From assembly GCA_048516985.1 (NCBI GenBank), contig CP183188.1:179630-243629 (forward strand): DNA of 64,000 nt. Direction: 5' to 3'. The notes beneath the pieces were generated by a model. That model ran no database searches. It was not told the DNA's origin and saw nothing but the letters and a program-made list of their open reading frames with translations. Below are positions 28,972 through 38,146 of this stretch, piece after piece (position 1 is the first letter of the stretch; each line of letters opens with the position of its first letter). Source of the stretch: Leucobacter sp. (lineage in GTDB: Bacteria > Actinomycetota > Actinomycetes > Actinomycetales > Microbacteriaceae). Position numbers and translations under genes: made by a program.

Positions 28972-29771
28972 GCGAGGCGGAGCGCTCCCCCGCGCCCGGC
29001 GACGAGCACGAGCGCGGCTCCGCGGCGGGCACGGCCGCGGAGCCGCCAGCGCCACCGCCCGCCCCACCGCCCACGCCGCCGAAGCCCTCGGCCCGGAGCC
29101 GCTGGGGCACCGCCCTCACGCTGATCGTCGAGACGGTGGGCCTCCTCACCCAGCTGCTCCTCGTCGCCGCCGGCATCGACTATCTGCTCACCGAGGACGG
29201 CGAGTTCTCTGAGGCCATGCGGCTGCTCGGGTGGTGCGCACTCGGCACGCTGTACCTCATGGCCACCGTGGTGTGGCTCAACATCGATCTGCGGGTGCGG
29301 CGGCAGGACGACGCCCTCCAGCGACGCCTGCTGAGCCTGCCCGCGATCCGCTGGTTCTCCACCCTGGTCACCTTCTCCTCGAGCCTCGTCGGACTCTCCG
29401 CCGCCTTCACCCTCATCGTCATCCGCGACGATCCCGAGCATCTGGTGTTCTCGGAGTTCGCGGCGGTGTGGGCCATGCTCGTGTCCTGGGCGATGTTCCA
29501 CTGGGGCTACGCCCGCATCTACCAGTCCCGCTACGACCGGGCGGTCGGCGATCGGCCGCTGATCTTCCCGGGCTCCGCGGCACCGCGCATCACCGACTTC
29601 GTGTACTTCGCCTTCACCATCGGCACCTCCTTCGCGAACTCGGATGTCACCATCACCGACAGCCGCATGCGCTGGAGCGTGGTCTGGCACACCACCTTCA
29701 GCTTCTTCTTCAACGCCCTCATCATCGTGCTCACCATGAACACGATCGTCGGCGGGCTCGGCGGGCAGTAG
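28968..29771 (+). CDS. DUF1345 family membrane protein
   Basis: 267 aa from GTG 28968 (GTGA overlap with the upstream stop). Pro-rich N-terminus, then helices and YFAFTIGTSFANSDV. Confidence 0.65.
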   Translation: MSEAERSPAPGDEHERGSAAGTAAEPPAPPPAPPPTPPKPSARSRWGTALTLIVETVGLLTQLLLVAAGIDYLLTEDGEFSEAMRLLGWCALGTLYLMATVVWLNIDLRVRRQDDALQRRLLSLPAIRWFSTLVTFSSSLVGLSAAFTLIVIRDDPEHLVFSEFAAVWAMLVSWAMFHWGYARIYQSRYDRAVGDRPLIFPGSAAPRITDFVYFAFTIGTSFANSDVTITDSRMRWSVVWHTTFSFFFNALIIVLTMNTIVGGLGGQ

Positions 29772-29786
29772 GCGGCTGGCGGTGCT

Positions 29787-29869
29787 CCGCCCAGCCCCAC
29801 CGCCCGCCCCCGCACCACGACCGGCCCGCGAGTTGCACCGCCCAGCCCCATCGCTCGCCCCCGCACCAC
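29787..29869. repeat. 32-bp C-rich direct repeat x2 (30/32 identical, 51-bp period)
   Basis: CCGCCCAGCCCCACCGCCCGCCCCCGCACCAC (29787-29818) and CCGCCCAGCCCCATCGCTCGCCCCCGCACCAC (29838-29869). Confidence 0.9.
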
Positions 29870-29874
29870 CACCA

Positions 29875-29950
29875 GTTCCCAAAGCGATTCGGCGAAACAA
29901 AGTCCATTTCCGCGATTTCCGGCTTTGTTACGCCGAATCGCTTTGGGAAC
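29875..29950. repeat. Second member of the GTTCCCAAAGCGATTCGG palindromic element family (28-bp arms, 1 mismatch, 20-nt spacer)
   Basis: GTTCCCAAAGCGATTCGGCGAAACAAAG (29875-29902) and CTTTGTTACGCCGAATCGCTTTGGGAAC (29923-29950). The outer 18 nt are identical to the outer arm of the 14582-14663 element. Confidence 0.9.
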
Positions 29951-30046
29951 CATCGAGCTCACCGCGGCGGCCCGCCGGCACATTCCGCGCCGGCTGATGA
30001 CCGGGCAGGAATAGACAAAGCGCGAGCACGTTATAGGGTAGTAAGC

Positions 30047-30187
30047 GTGTTCCGGGGTCGGTGAGAATCCGAACCGGCGGTGATAGTCCGCGAACCTCGC
30101 ACCTGCGAGGCCGAACCGGTGGAATTCCGGTGCCGACGGTGATGCGTGCGAGGCGACTCGCGCGTTCAGTCCGGATGTGAGGAGCAC
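30047..30187 (+). promoter_or_regulatory. FMN riboswitch (RFN element) upstream of ribD
   Basis: GTGTTCCGGGGTCGGTGAGAATCCGAACCGGCGGTGATAGTCCGCGA...CCGGTGGAATTCCGGTGCCGACGGTGA...CAGTCCGGATGTGAGGAGCAC matches the conserved RFN core. P1 pairs GTGTTCC with GGAGCAC. Confidence 0.9.
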
Positions 30188-30246
30188 AGGTGATCGCCGA
30201 CGTCGGCGAGACCCCACCCCGGTACGCGTGAGAACGAAAGACCGGG

Positions 30247-31365
30247 ATGTTGGATCGCGAGATGCTGGAGACGGCGATGCGCCGCGCGCTCGCGCTCGCC
30301 CGCCGCAGCCCGGCGGACGATCCCAATCCGCAGGTCGGCTGCGTGCTGCTGGATCCCGAGGGCCGTATCGTCGCCGAGGGGTGGCATCACGGATCGGGCA
30401 CTCCCCACGCCGAGGTCGAGGCCCTCGCCCAGCTGCCCGCCGAGTGGCGCGGCCGTCTCGCCGAGCTCACCGCCGTGGTCACCCTCGAGCCGTGCAATCA
30501 CACCGGCCGCACCGGCCCCTGCGCGGAAGCGCTCGTCGAGGCGGGCATCGGCGCCGTGGCCTACGCGCTCGGCGACCCCGGCCCGGCCTCGGGCGGCGGA
30601 GCGGCGACCCTCCGGGAGGCGGGGATCGAGGTGCGCGGCGACGTGCTCGCCGCCGAGTCGCGCGCGTTGCTGGCGCCGTGGCTCGCGAAGCAGCACCCCG
30701 GGGCGCAGCGCCTACCGGCCACGCAACCGAGACCACACGTCACCGTGAAGTGGGCGCAGACGATCGACGGCCGCGCCGCCGCGAGCGACGGCAGCAGCCA
30801 GTGGATCACCGGGGTCGACGCGCGCGGCGATGTGCACCGCCGCCGCGCCGAGGCCGACGCGATCCTCGTGGGCACCGGCACCCTCCTCGCCGACGACCCG
30901 GCGCTCACCGCCCGCGCCGAAACCGGGGGCCTGCTCGTGCCCGCCGCCGAGCAGCCGATCCCGGTGTTGCTCGGGCACCGCGCGATCCCCGCGGCGGCGC
31001 GCATCCGGCAGCATCCCGCACTCGACGCCCGCGGCCTCGCCGAGCCGATCCGCCTCACCGGTGACGATCTCGCCGCAGATCTCGCCGAGCTCCACGCCCG
31101 CGGCGTGCGCCGCCTCTTCGTCGAAGGCGGCCCCGCCGTGGCGAGCGCCTTCATCGCCGCCGGCCTCGTCGACGAGGTGCTCATCTATCTCGCACCCGCG
31201 CTGCTCGGCGGACCGCGACTCGCCATCGGCGATCTCGGCATCGGCGGCATGGACGGGATCAAGCGGCTGCGCATCACCCACTTCGCCCAGCTCGGCGCCG
31301 ATCTGCTGATCAAGGCGACCATCGAATCCGAAGACCCCCACCCCAGCAACGAGGAGCAGCTCTGA
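30247..31365 (+). CDS. ribD: Bifunctional riboflavin biosynthesis deaminase/reductase
   Basis: 372 aa with deaminase Zn motifs HAEVEAL and PCNHTGRTGPC, then the reductase domain. Confidence 0.9.
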   Translation: MLDREMLETAMRRALALARRSPADDPNPQVGCVLLDPEGRIVAEGWHHGSGTPHAEVEALAQLPAEWRGRLAELTAVVTLEPCNHTGRTGPCAEALVEAGIGAVAYALGDPGPASGGGAATLREAGIEVRGDVLAAESRALLAPWLAKQHPGAQRLPATQPRPHVTVKWAQTIDGRAAASDGSSQWITGVDARGDVHRRRAEADAILVGTGTLLADDPALTARAETGGLLVPAAEQPIPVLLGHRAIPAAARIRQHPALDARGLAEPIRLTGDDLAADLAELHARGVRRLFVEGGPAVASAFIAAGLVDEVLIYLAPALLGGPRLAIGDLGIGGMDGIKRLRITHFAQLGADLLIKATIESEDPHPSNEEQL

Positions 31366-32018
31366 TGTTCACCGGCCTCATCGAAGAAATCGGCGAGATC
31401 GTCGCCACGGAGCCCGTGGGCGATTCGCTACGGCTCACCGTCAAAGGCCCGACGGTCACCGCCGATGCGCAGCACGGCGACTCCATCCAGGTCTCGGGCG
31501 TCTGCCTGACCGTGATCGAGCAGGGCACCGCGGATGACGGCGCCGGCACCTTCACCGCGGATGTGATGGCGCAGTCGATCAAGATGTCCACCCTCGGCGC
31601 GCTCGCCCCCGGCGACCGGGTGAATCTCGAGCGCGCGGCCCGGGTGGACAGCCGCCTGGGCGGGCACATCGTGCAGGGGCACGTCGACGGCACCGCGACC
31701 CTCGTCTCCGTCGTCGACGGCTCCGCCTGGCGGGTGCTGCGCTTCGCGCTGCCGAGCGATCTCGCACCGCTTCTGGTCGACAAGGGATCGGTGACCCTGT
31801 CCGGGGTCTCCCTCACCGTCTCGAGCATCGCCGAGGCCGGCGATCCCGAGCCCTGGTTCGAGGTGTCGCTGATCCCCGAGACGCTCTCCGCCACCACCCT
31901 CGGCTCGCTCGCCCCCGGCGACCGGGTCAACCTCGAAACAGATATCCTCGCCCGCCACGTCCAGCGGATGCTCCGCTTCGGCGAATCCACCACCGCTCAC
32001 GAAGGAACACCCGCATGA
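31365..32018 (+). CDS. ribE: Riboflavin synthase (alpha chain)
   Basis: 217 aa, MFTGLIEEIGEI...GDSIQVSGVCLTV...VNLE repeated lumazine-binding halves. ATGA overlap with ribD. Confidence 0.9.
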   Translation: MFTGLIEEIGEIVATEPVGDSLRLTVKGPTVTADAQHGDSIQVSGVCLTVIEQGTADDGAGTFTADVMAQSIKMSTLGALAPGDRVNLERAARVDSRLGGHIVQGHVDGTATLVSVVDGSAWRVLRFALPSDLAPLLVDKGSVTLSGVSLTVSSIAEAGDPEPWFEVSLIPETLSATTLGSLAPGDRVNLETDILARHVQRMLRFGESTTAHEGTPA

Positions 32019-33259
32019 CCACGCCAGCCATCAGCACCATCGAAGAGGCGATCGCCGCCATCCAGGCCGGAAAGCCGGTGATCGTCGCCGACGACGAGAA
32101 CCGCGAGAACGAGGGCGATGTGATCCTCTCCGCCGAGCTCGCCACCCCCGAGTGGGTCGCCTGGACCGTGCGCAACTCCTCCGGGCTCCTGTGCGCGCCG
32201 ATGTCCAATGAGATCGCCGACCAGCTCGACCTGCCGATGATGGTGGAGCGCAACGAGGATGCGCGCGGCACCGCGTACACCGTGACCGTCGACGCGGCCG
32301 AGGGCGTGACCACCGGCATCAGCGCCAGCGACCGCACCACCACGCTGCGCGCGCTCGCGAACCCGGACGCCGAGCCGGGCGATGTGCGCCGCCCCGGACA
32401 TGTGCTGCCCTTGCGCGCGGTCGACGGCGGGGTGCGCGCCCGCGCCGGTCACACCGAGGCCTCGGTGGAGCTGATGCGGCTCGCAGGGCTCCGCCCCGTA
32501 GCGATGATCGCGGAGATCGTCGCCGAGGACGGCGAGATGATGCGCCTGCCCGGGCTCCTCGAGCTGGGAGCCGCGGAGGGGGTGCCCGTCACCACCATCG
32601 AGCAGCTCATCGCCTATCTGAACAAGCACGACCCCGCAGGCGCCCCCGCCGAGAACCTGAAGGCGCACCGGCAGGTCAGCCTGCGTGCCGACACCCTGAT
32701 GCCGACGGAGCACGGCGAGTTCCGGATCCGCGCCTACCGCGATCGGCGCGCGGGCGTCGACCACGTCGCGCTCATCTCGACCACGGATCCGGCGCCGAAC
32801 GAGGACGTGCTGGTGCGCGTGCACTCCGAGTGCATCACCGGCGAGGCCTTCGGCTCGCTGAAGTGCGAGTGCGGGCCGCAGCTGCACGCGGCGCTCGATC
32901 TGGTACAGGATCGCGGCGGCGTGGTGATCTACCTGCGCGGGCAGGAGGGCCGGGGCATCGGCCTCGCGAACAAGCTGCGCGCCTACCAGCTGCAGGAGTC
33001 GGGAGTGGACACCCTCGACGCGAATCTCCAGCTGGGGCTGCCGGGCGACGCGCGCGACTACACCGCGGCGGCCGAGATCCTCGCGGACCTCGGGATCTCC
33101 CGGGTGCGGCTGCTCACCAACAACCCCGACAAGGTGACGCAGCTGCAGAATCGCGGCGTGGTCATCACCGAGCGGGTGCCGCTGCACGTCGGCTTCACCG
33201 AGCAGAACGCCGGATACCTCGAGGCGAAGCGCGACCGCATGGGGCACCAGCTGCCCTGA
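32015..33259 (+). CDS. ribBA: Bifunctional 3,4-dihydroxy-2-butanone-4-phosphate synthase / GTP cyclohydrolase II
   Basis: 414 aa with [12 protein letters not shown] and HTEASVEL (DHBPS), then [19 protein letters not shown] (GCH II). Confidence 0.9.
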   Translation: MTTPAISTIEEAIAAIQAGKPVIVADDENRENEGDVILSAELATPEWVAWTVRNSSGLLCAPMSNEIADQLDLPMMVERNEDARGTAYTVTVDAAEGVTTGISASDRTTTLRALANPDAEPGDVRRPGHVLPLRAVDGGVRARAGHTEASVELMRLAGLRPVAMIAEIVAEDGEMMRLPGLLELGAAEGVPVTTIEQLIAYLNKHDPAGAPAENLKAHRQVSLRADTLMPTEHGEFRIRAYRDRRAGVDHVALISTTDPAPNEDVLVRVHSECITGEAFGSLKCECGPQLHAALDLVQDRGGVVIYLRGQEGRGIGLANKLRAYQLQESGVDTLDANLQLGLPGDARDYTAAAEILADLGISRVRLLTNNPDKVTQLQNRGVVITERVPLHVGFTEQNAGYLEAKRDRMGHQLP

Positions 33260-33329
33260 GCGGCGCGGCCGCCCGGCACCCCTCGATCCACCCCGATCCA
33301 CCCCGACCCGCATACGAAGGAGCACACCC

Positions 33330-33839
33330 ATGAGCGGACACGGAGCACCGAATCTGGCCGTCGAAGCGCACGGCCTGCGCGTGGCGATCATCGCCGGCAG
33401 CTGGCACACCGAGGTGATGGACGGGTTGATCCGCGGGGCTCAGGAGTCGGTCGCCGCCGCGGGAGCGGAGCACACCCTGTTCCGCGTCGCCGGCGCCTTC
33501 GAGCTGCCCCTGGCCGCACAGGCCGCACTCGGCGAGGGTGGATTCGACGCGGCGGTGTGCCTCGGGGTGATCGTCCGCGGCGGCACGCCGCACTTCGAGT
33601 ACATCTCGAACTCCGTGACCGACGGGCTCACCCGGGTGCAGCTCGACAGCGGGAAACCCGTCGGTTTCGGCGTGCTCACCACCGACAACGACGAGCAGGC
33701 GCTGGATCGCGCGGGCCTTCCGGGATCGCGCGAGTCGAAGGGCGTCGAGGCCGCCGAGGCGGCGCTGCAGGCGGCGGCGACCGTGCGCCTGATCCACGAG
33801 GCGGCTGCGGCCGTGGCCCCGACCGCCGCTCCCGCGTAG
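33330..33839 (+). CDS. ribH: 6,7-dimethyl-8-ribityllumazine synthase
   Basis: 169 aa with VPGAFELP-like [23 protein letters not shown]; RBS GAAGGAG. Confidence 0.9.
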   Translation: MSGHGAPNLAVEAHGLRVAIIAGSWHTEVMDGLIRGAQESVAAAGAEHTLFRVAGAFELPLAAQAALGEGGFDAAVCLGVIVRGGTPHFEYISNSVTDGLTRVQLDSGKPVGFGVLTTDNDEQALDRAGLPGSRESKGVEAAEAALQAAATVRLIHEAAAAVAPTAAPA

Positions 33840-33937
33840 CGGCGGCTCGGTCCCGCCGAACCCGCGACGGATCCGCATCCTCCGCACCCCGACGGCATTC
33901 AGCAGATGTTTCAGTTTGCCCGACTAGGGTGTCAATC

Positions 33938-35869
33938 GTGCCACGAGACCGGAAGCCCAACGAGAGCTCGGCCCCGCGGGGGCCGCGCGCCTCACTGGCC
34001 CAGCTGATCCCCTATCTGCTCGAGCAGCGCGGCCCGCTGACCCTGGCGCTCGTGCTGGGCTTCGTCGGCGCCCTCACCTCGCTGGTGCAGCCGGTGCTGC
34101 TCGGCCAGGTGATCGAGCGCGTGCAACTCTCCGAGCCGCTGGGACTGCTGCTGATCGTGCTGACCGTGCTGGTCGTCGTCGACGCGCTGCTGAGCGGCTT
34201 CCAGCACTATGTGCTGCAGCGCATGGGCGAGAGCGTGGTGCTGTCGAGCCGGCGCACGCTGATCAGGCGCATGCTCCACCTGCCCATCGGGGAGTTCGAC
34301 CGGCGCCGGACAGGCGATCTGGTGTCGCGCATCGGCAGCGACACCACCCTGCTGCGCGCGGTGCTGACGCAGGGCTTCGTCGAGGCGATCAGCGGCATGC
34401 TGGTGTTCGTCGGGGCCCTGATCGGCATGCTGATCATCGACCCGGTGCTGTTCGGGATCACCTTCGGCGTGGTGGTGGTGGCGCTCGTGGTGGTCGTCGC
34501 GGTGTCGGCGAGGATCCGCCCCGCCGTCGCGCGCACGCAGGAGAAGGTCGGAGATCTCGCCGCCCAGGTGGATCGCTCGATCTCCTCGATCCGCACCATC
34601 CGGGCGGCGGGGGCCGCCGGCCGGGAGCAGCGGGCGACCGAGCGCGAGGCCGAGGAGGCCTACACCCTCGGGCTCCGCGTGGCGAAGATCTCGGCGCTCA
34701 TCGTGCCGGTGTCGTTCCTGGCGCTGCAGCTGTCGTTCCTCGTCGTGCTCGGCCTCGGCGGGTACCGCGTGGCGACCGGGGCCATCGGCATCGCGCAGCT
34801 CGTCATGTTCATCGTGTTCCTCTTTCTGATGGTGCAGCCGCTGGCGCTCACCTTCGGCGCCGTCTCGGCGGTGAACCAGGCGCTGGGCGCACTCGGCCGT
34901 ATTCAGGAGATCGCGGCGCTGCCCGTCGAGGATCAGCACGACGCCGAGCGATCCCCCCTCGGACGGATCCTCCCCCTCGCGGAGGCCGCTCGCGAGGGGG
35001 CACCCGCACTCGCCTTCGACGATGTGACCTTCACCTACCGCTCCGCGGGGCCGGACCGCGTGGACGCGCGGCAGCTCGTCCACGGCACCGGGCGCGCCGC
35101 GAGGCGCGACGCGGAGGCGGCGCCCGCCGAGATCGTCGAGACGCCGGTGCTGCACGGGGTCAGCTTCGACGTGCCGCGCGGCATGCGCGTGGCCCTCGTT
35201 GGGCCCTCGGGCGCGGGCAAGTCGACGGTGCTGGGGCTCATCGAGCGCTTCTACGATCCCGACAGCGGTGCCGTGTCGCTGCACGGGGCGGATCTGCGCA
35301 CCCTCGACCGGGCGGAGCTGCGCCGGCAGCTCGGCTATGTGGAGCAGGACGCACCGGTGCTCGCCGGCACGATCCGCGAGAATCTGTTGCTCGGCGCGCC
35401 CGAGGCCAGCGACGGCGAGTGCGAGCGGGTGCTGCGCACCGTGAATCTCGGCGCGATCCTCGATCGGGCCGCCCGGCAGGCGGGTCTTCAGAGCGGGCTG
35501 GACGCCCAGGTCGGCGAGCGCGGCATCATGCTCTCCGGCGGCGAGAAGCAGCGCCTCGCCATCGCGCGGGCGCTGCTGACGGCACCGCCGATCCTGCTGC
35601 TGGACGAGTCGACCGCGAGCCTCGACGGGGTGAACGAGCAGCTGATGCGCGAGGCGCTGGACTCGGTGGCGACCGGTCGAACGCTGGTCGTCATCGCGCA
35701 CCGGCTGTCGACGGTGGTCGACAGCGACCGCATCATCGTGCTCGACCAGGGCCGCGTCGTGGGCGAGGGCACGCACGCCGAACTGGTGGAGACCGTGCCG
35801 CTCTACCGCGAGCTGGCGCGGCACCAGCTGCTCGTGCCCGAGGCGGAGGCCGGCGCCGAGGCCGGCTGA
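33938..35869 (+). CDS. ABC exporter, fused permease/ATPase
   Basis: 643 aa from GTG 33938 (start uncertain), with Walker A GPSGAGKST, signature LSGGEKQRLAIAR and Walker B ILLLDESTASLD. Confidence 0.85.
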   Translation: MPRDRKPNESSAPRGPRASLAQLIPYLLEQRGPLTLALVLGFVGALTSLVQPVLLGQVIERVQLSEPLGLLLIVLTVLVVVDALLSGFQHYVLQRMGESVVLSSRRTLIRRMLHLPIGEFDRRRTGDLVSRIGSDTTLLRAVLTQGFVEAISGMLVFVGALIGMLIIDPVLFGITFGVVVVALVVVVAVSARIRPAVARTQEKVGDLAAQVDRSISSIRTIRAAGAAGREQRATEREAEEAYTLGLRVAKISALIVPVSFLALQLSFLVVLGLGGYRVATGAIGIAQLVMFIVFLFLMVQPLALTFGAVSAVNQALGALGRIQEIAALPVEDQHDAERSPLGRILPLAEAAREGAPALAFDDVTFTYRSAGPDRVDARQLVHGTGRAARRDAEAAPAEIVETPVLHGVSFDVPRGMRVALVGPSGAGKSTVLGLIERFYDPDSGAVSLHGADLRTLDRAELRRQLGYVEQDAPVLAGTIRENLLLGAPEASDGECERVLRTVNLGAILDRAARQAGLQSGLDAQVGERGIMLSGGEKQRLAIARALLTAPPILLLDESTASLDGVNEQLMREALDSVATGRTLVVIAHRLSTVVDSDRIIVLDQGRVVGEGTHAELVETVPLYRELARHQLLVPEAEAGAEAG

Positions 35870-35882
35870 GTTCGCGAACGGG

Positions 35883-36464
35883 TCAGCCCGCGCCGCCGAT
35901 CTCGATGGATCCGATCAGCTCGGCGAGTGCGGGGCGGTAGTCCGCGAGCTCGGCGGGAGGCTCGGTGCGGGCATCGATCCGTACCGCCTGCGCTTCTGCA
36001 TCGACGAGGCTGACGAGGCCGAAGAGCGCCTCCCCGAGGGTGAAGTGCCGCAGTTCGAGCCCCGAGGCGAGCATCTCGAACAGCACGGCGGCGGAGCCGG
36101 CCGCCTCTGCGAGTTCCGCCCGGGCGTCCGGGAGCGAGCGGACGCTCAGATCCACGACGAGCAGCCGATCCGGCGATTGCACGCGAATACCATCCCCTAC
36201 AGGCTGCACCAGCCAGCCCGTGCCGGGCCGCACCGTGATCGGGGCCTCGGCGGACGAGGGCTCGGCGGCGATCGCGAAGGCGCGCGAGCCGTCAGCCGTC
36301 TCAGCCCGAAGCGTCGAGTCCATCGACGGCCACAGCAGCACGAACACCAGCCCGGCCGTCACCACGAGCCCGGCGACGGCCGTGGCCAGCGCCGTCCAGA
36401 ACGACACCCGCCCCGGGATGCGGATCGATGGTGCGGTGCCATCGGCCGGCGGCGGGAGGCTCAT
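35883..36464 (-). CDS. Hypothetical membrane-anchored protein
   Basis: 193 aa from ATG 36464 (ATGA overlap with the deacetylase stop). One N-terminal TM helix (FWTALATAVAGLVVTAGLVFVLLW). No family recognised. Confidence 0.55.
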   Translation of the reverse strand: MSLPPPADGTAPSIRIPGRVSFWTALATAVAGLVVTAGLVFVLLWPSMDSTLRAETADGSRAFAIAAEPSSAEAPITVRPGTGWLVQPVGDGIRVQSPDRLLVVDLSVRSLPDARAELAEAAGSAAVLFEMLASGLELRHFTLGEALFGLVSLVDAEAQAVRIDARTEPPAELADYRPALAELIGSIEIGGAG

Positions 36465-38089
36465 CGCGCGCTCACCCGCCCCAGCGGCACCGATCCGCCG
36501 AAGAGCTCGGTCACCGTCACCGGTTCGAAGCCCCGATTGCGCAGCCCGGCGATGATGTCCCCGGCCGCGGCCACCGAATCCGCGTGGGTGTCGTGGAAGA
36601 GCACGATCCCGCCGGGGGCGACACTGTTCACGGCTCGATCGAAGAGCGCCGCGACACCGGGAACCCTCCAGTCGTTGGTGTCCACGCTCCACAGGATCGC
36701 GGGCATTCCCACGGCCTCAATGACGGCGCCGTTGACCTCGCCGTAGGGCGGGCGGAACGTGGTGACGGGCGCCCCGGAGATCTGCTCGAGAATCGTCGCC
36801 GCATCCCGCACCTGGGCGCGCGCCGCCGCCGCAGAGAGCCGGGTGAGATCGGGGTGGCTCATGCTGTGGCTGCCGATCTCGTGGCCCTCGGCGGCGACTC
36901 GGCGCACCGTGTCGGCCCCCGAGGCCGCGTACTGGCCCAGCATGAAGAAGGTCGCCGAGGCCTGTTCGCGCGCCAGCGTGTCGAGCAGCTGCGGGGTGTA
37001 CCCGGAGGGGCCGTCGTCGTAGGTCAGCGCCACGCAGGGGATCAGCGCGCAGTCGACGGGGACGCTGCCGGGCGAGGCGGCGACGCCGAGGAAGGGCTGG
37101 GACGCCTGCTCGGCGAGTGCGCGCCAGGCGGCCGTGGACCACTCCTGCGCGAGCTGGGCGTCGACGAGCACCGAGACCGGCTCCTCCGTGGCCGGAATGC
37201 CGAGCCCCGCGAGCTCCGCTGCGACGAGCCCCGCGGGCAGCGTCACCCGCATGCCGCCGTCCGCCTCGTGCGCGGCGCGATCCAGCGCCTCGTCGGCGAT
37301 CGCCGTCTGCGCCTCGTCGGGCCCGGCGACGGGTGCCGAGCTCAAGCCCCCCGCCTGCTGGCGCAGCAGATCGACGGCGCGCTGCCAGAGCTCGACGGGG
37401 GCGGACTCGTTCCACCGGCCGACCCCCTCGGTCACCGCGCCGCTCGCGACATCGACGTAGAGCGGACGCTTCTCGTCTCCGGTGACGCCGGCAGACCCTC
37501 CGGTCACGGTGCGCAGCGTCACCGCGATGGTGCTGCCGAAGGCGCCGGTCAGCTCGCAGGTGATCGCGGTCCCGGATCCTCCCGCGGGCCCGGTCTCCGG
37601 CCGGCTCAGCACCTCGGAAGCGGGCCAGGCCGCGGAGCCCGGAACGCAGCCGCGCTCCGCGAGTCCCGCCTCGACCGGATGCGCTTGCGGGGCGTAGGGC
37701 TGCCCCGTGGCCGCGATCGCCGACCACAGCATCGCGGTGACCTGCTCGTTGAAGGCGGGCGCTCCGGGAATGTAGACGAAGCGCGCGGCGAGCGGCAGCG
37801 CGTCGTTGCGCAGGCGCCCGCCGACCAGGCCGAGCGAGGCCGCTTCGAGGATCGCCGCCGGCACGGCCGCAGGATCCGCCCCATCGGTCCCGGGATCCGC
37901 ACCCTCCCGCGTCGCACCGTCTGCGGACTGCGCAGGAGCCGCGAGAGTCACGCCCGGAACCACGCGAGCCGCGGGCGGCGTCCATCCGGCCACCGGCTCG
38001 GAGGCGCAAGCGGTCAGCACGAGGGCCGCACCGGTGACCAGTGCGGCGGCCGCCCCGATCCGCCGTCTCGCAGGAGCGGAGCAGGACAT
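36461..38089 (-). CDS. Polysaccharide deacetylase (NodB/CE4) lipoprotein with a long N-terminal domain of unknown function
   Basis: 542 aa with lipobox VLTACAS and C-terminal NodB motifs LTYDDGP and HEIGSHSMSHP. Confidence 0.8.
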   Translation of the reverse strand: MSCSAPARRRIGAAAALVTGAALVLTACASEPVAGWTPPAARVVPGVTLAAPAQSADGATREGADPGTDGADPAAVPAAILEAASLGLVGGRLRNDALPLAARFVYIPGAPAFNEQVTAMLWSAIAATGQPYAPQAHPVEAGLAERGCVPGSAAWPASEVLSRPETGPAGGSGTAITCELTGAFGSTIAVTLRTVTGGSAGVTGDEKRPLYVDVASGAVTEGVGRWNESAPVELWQRAVDLLRQQAGGLSSAPVAGPDEAQTAIADEALDRAAHEADGGMRVTLPAGLVAAELAGLGIPATEEPVSVLVDAQLAQEWSTAAWRALAEQASQPFLGVAASPGSVPVDCALIPCVALTYDDGPSGYTPQLLDTLAREQASATFFMLGQYAASGADTVRRVAAEGHEIGSHSMSHPDLTRLSAAAARAQVRDAATILEQISGAPVTTFRPPYGEVNGAVIEAVGMPAILWSVDTNDWRVPGVAALFDRAVNSVAPGGIVLFHDTHADSVAAAGDIIAGLRNRGFEPVTVTELFGGSVPLGRVSAR

Positions 38090-38146
38090 CTGCGCTTCCC
38101 CCTCCGTCGACGGCGAGCACGCCCCCGTGGCGGGCTCCTCAGCAGA

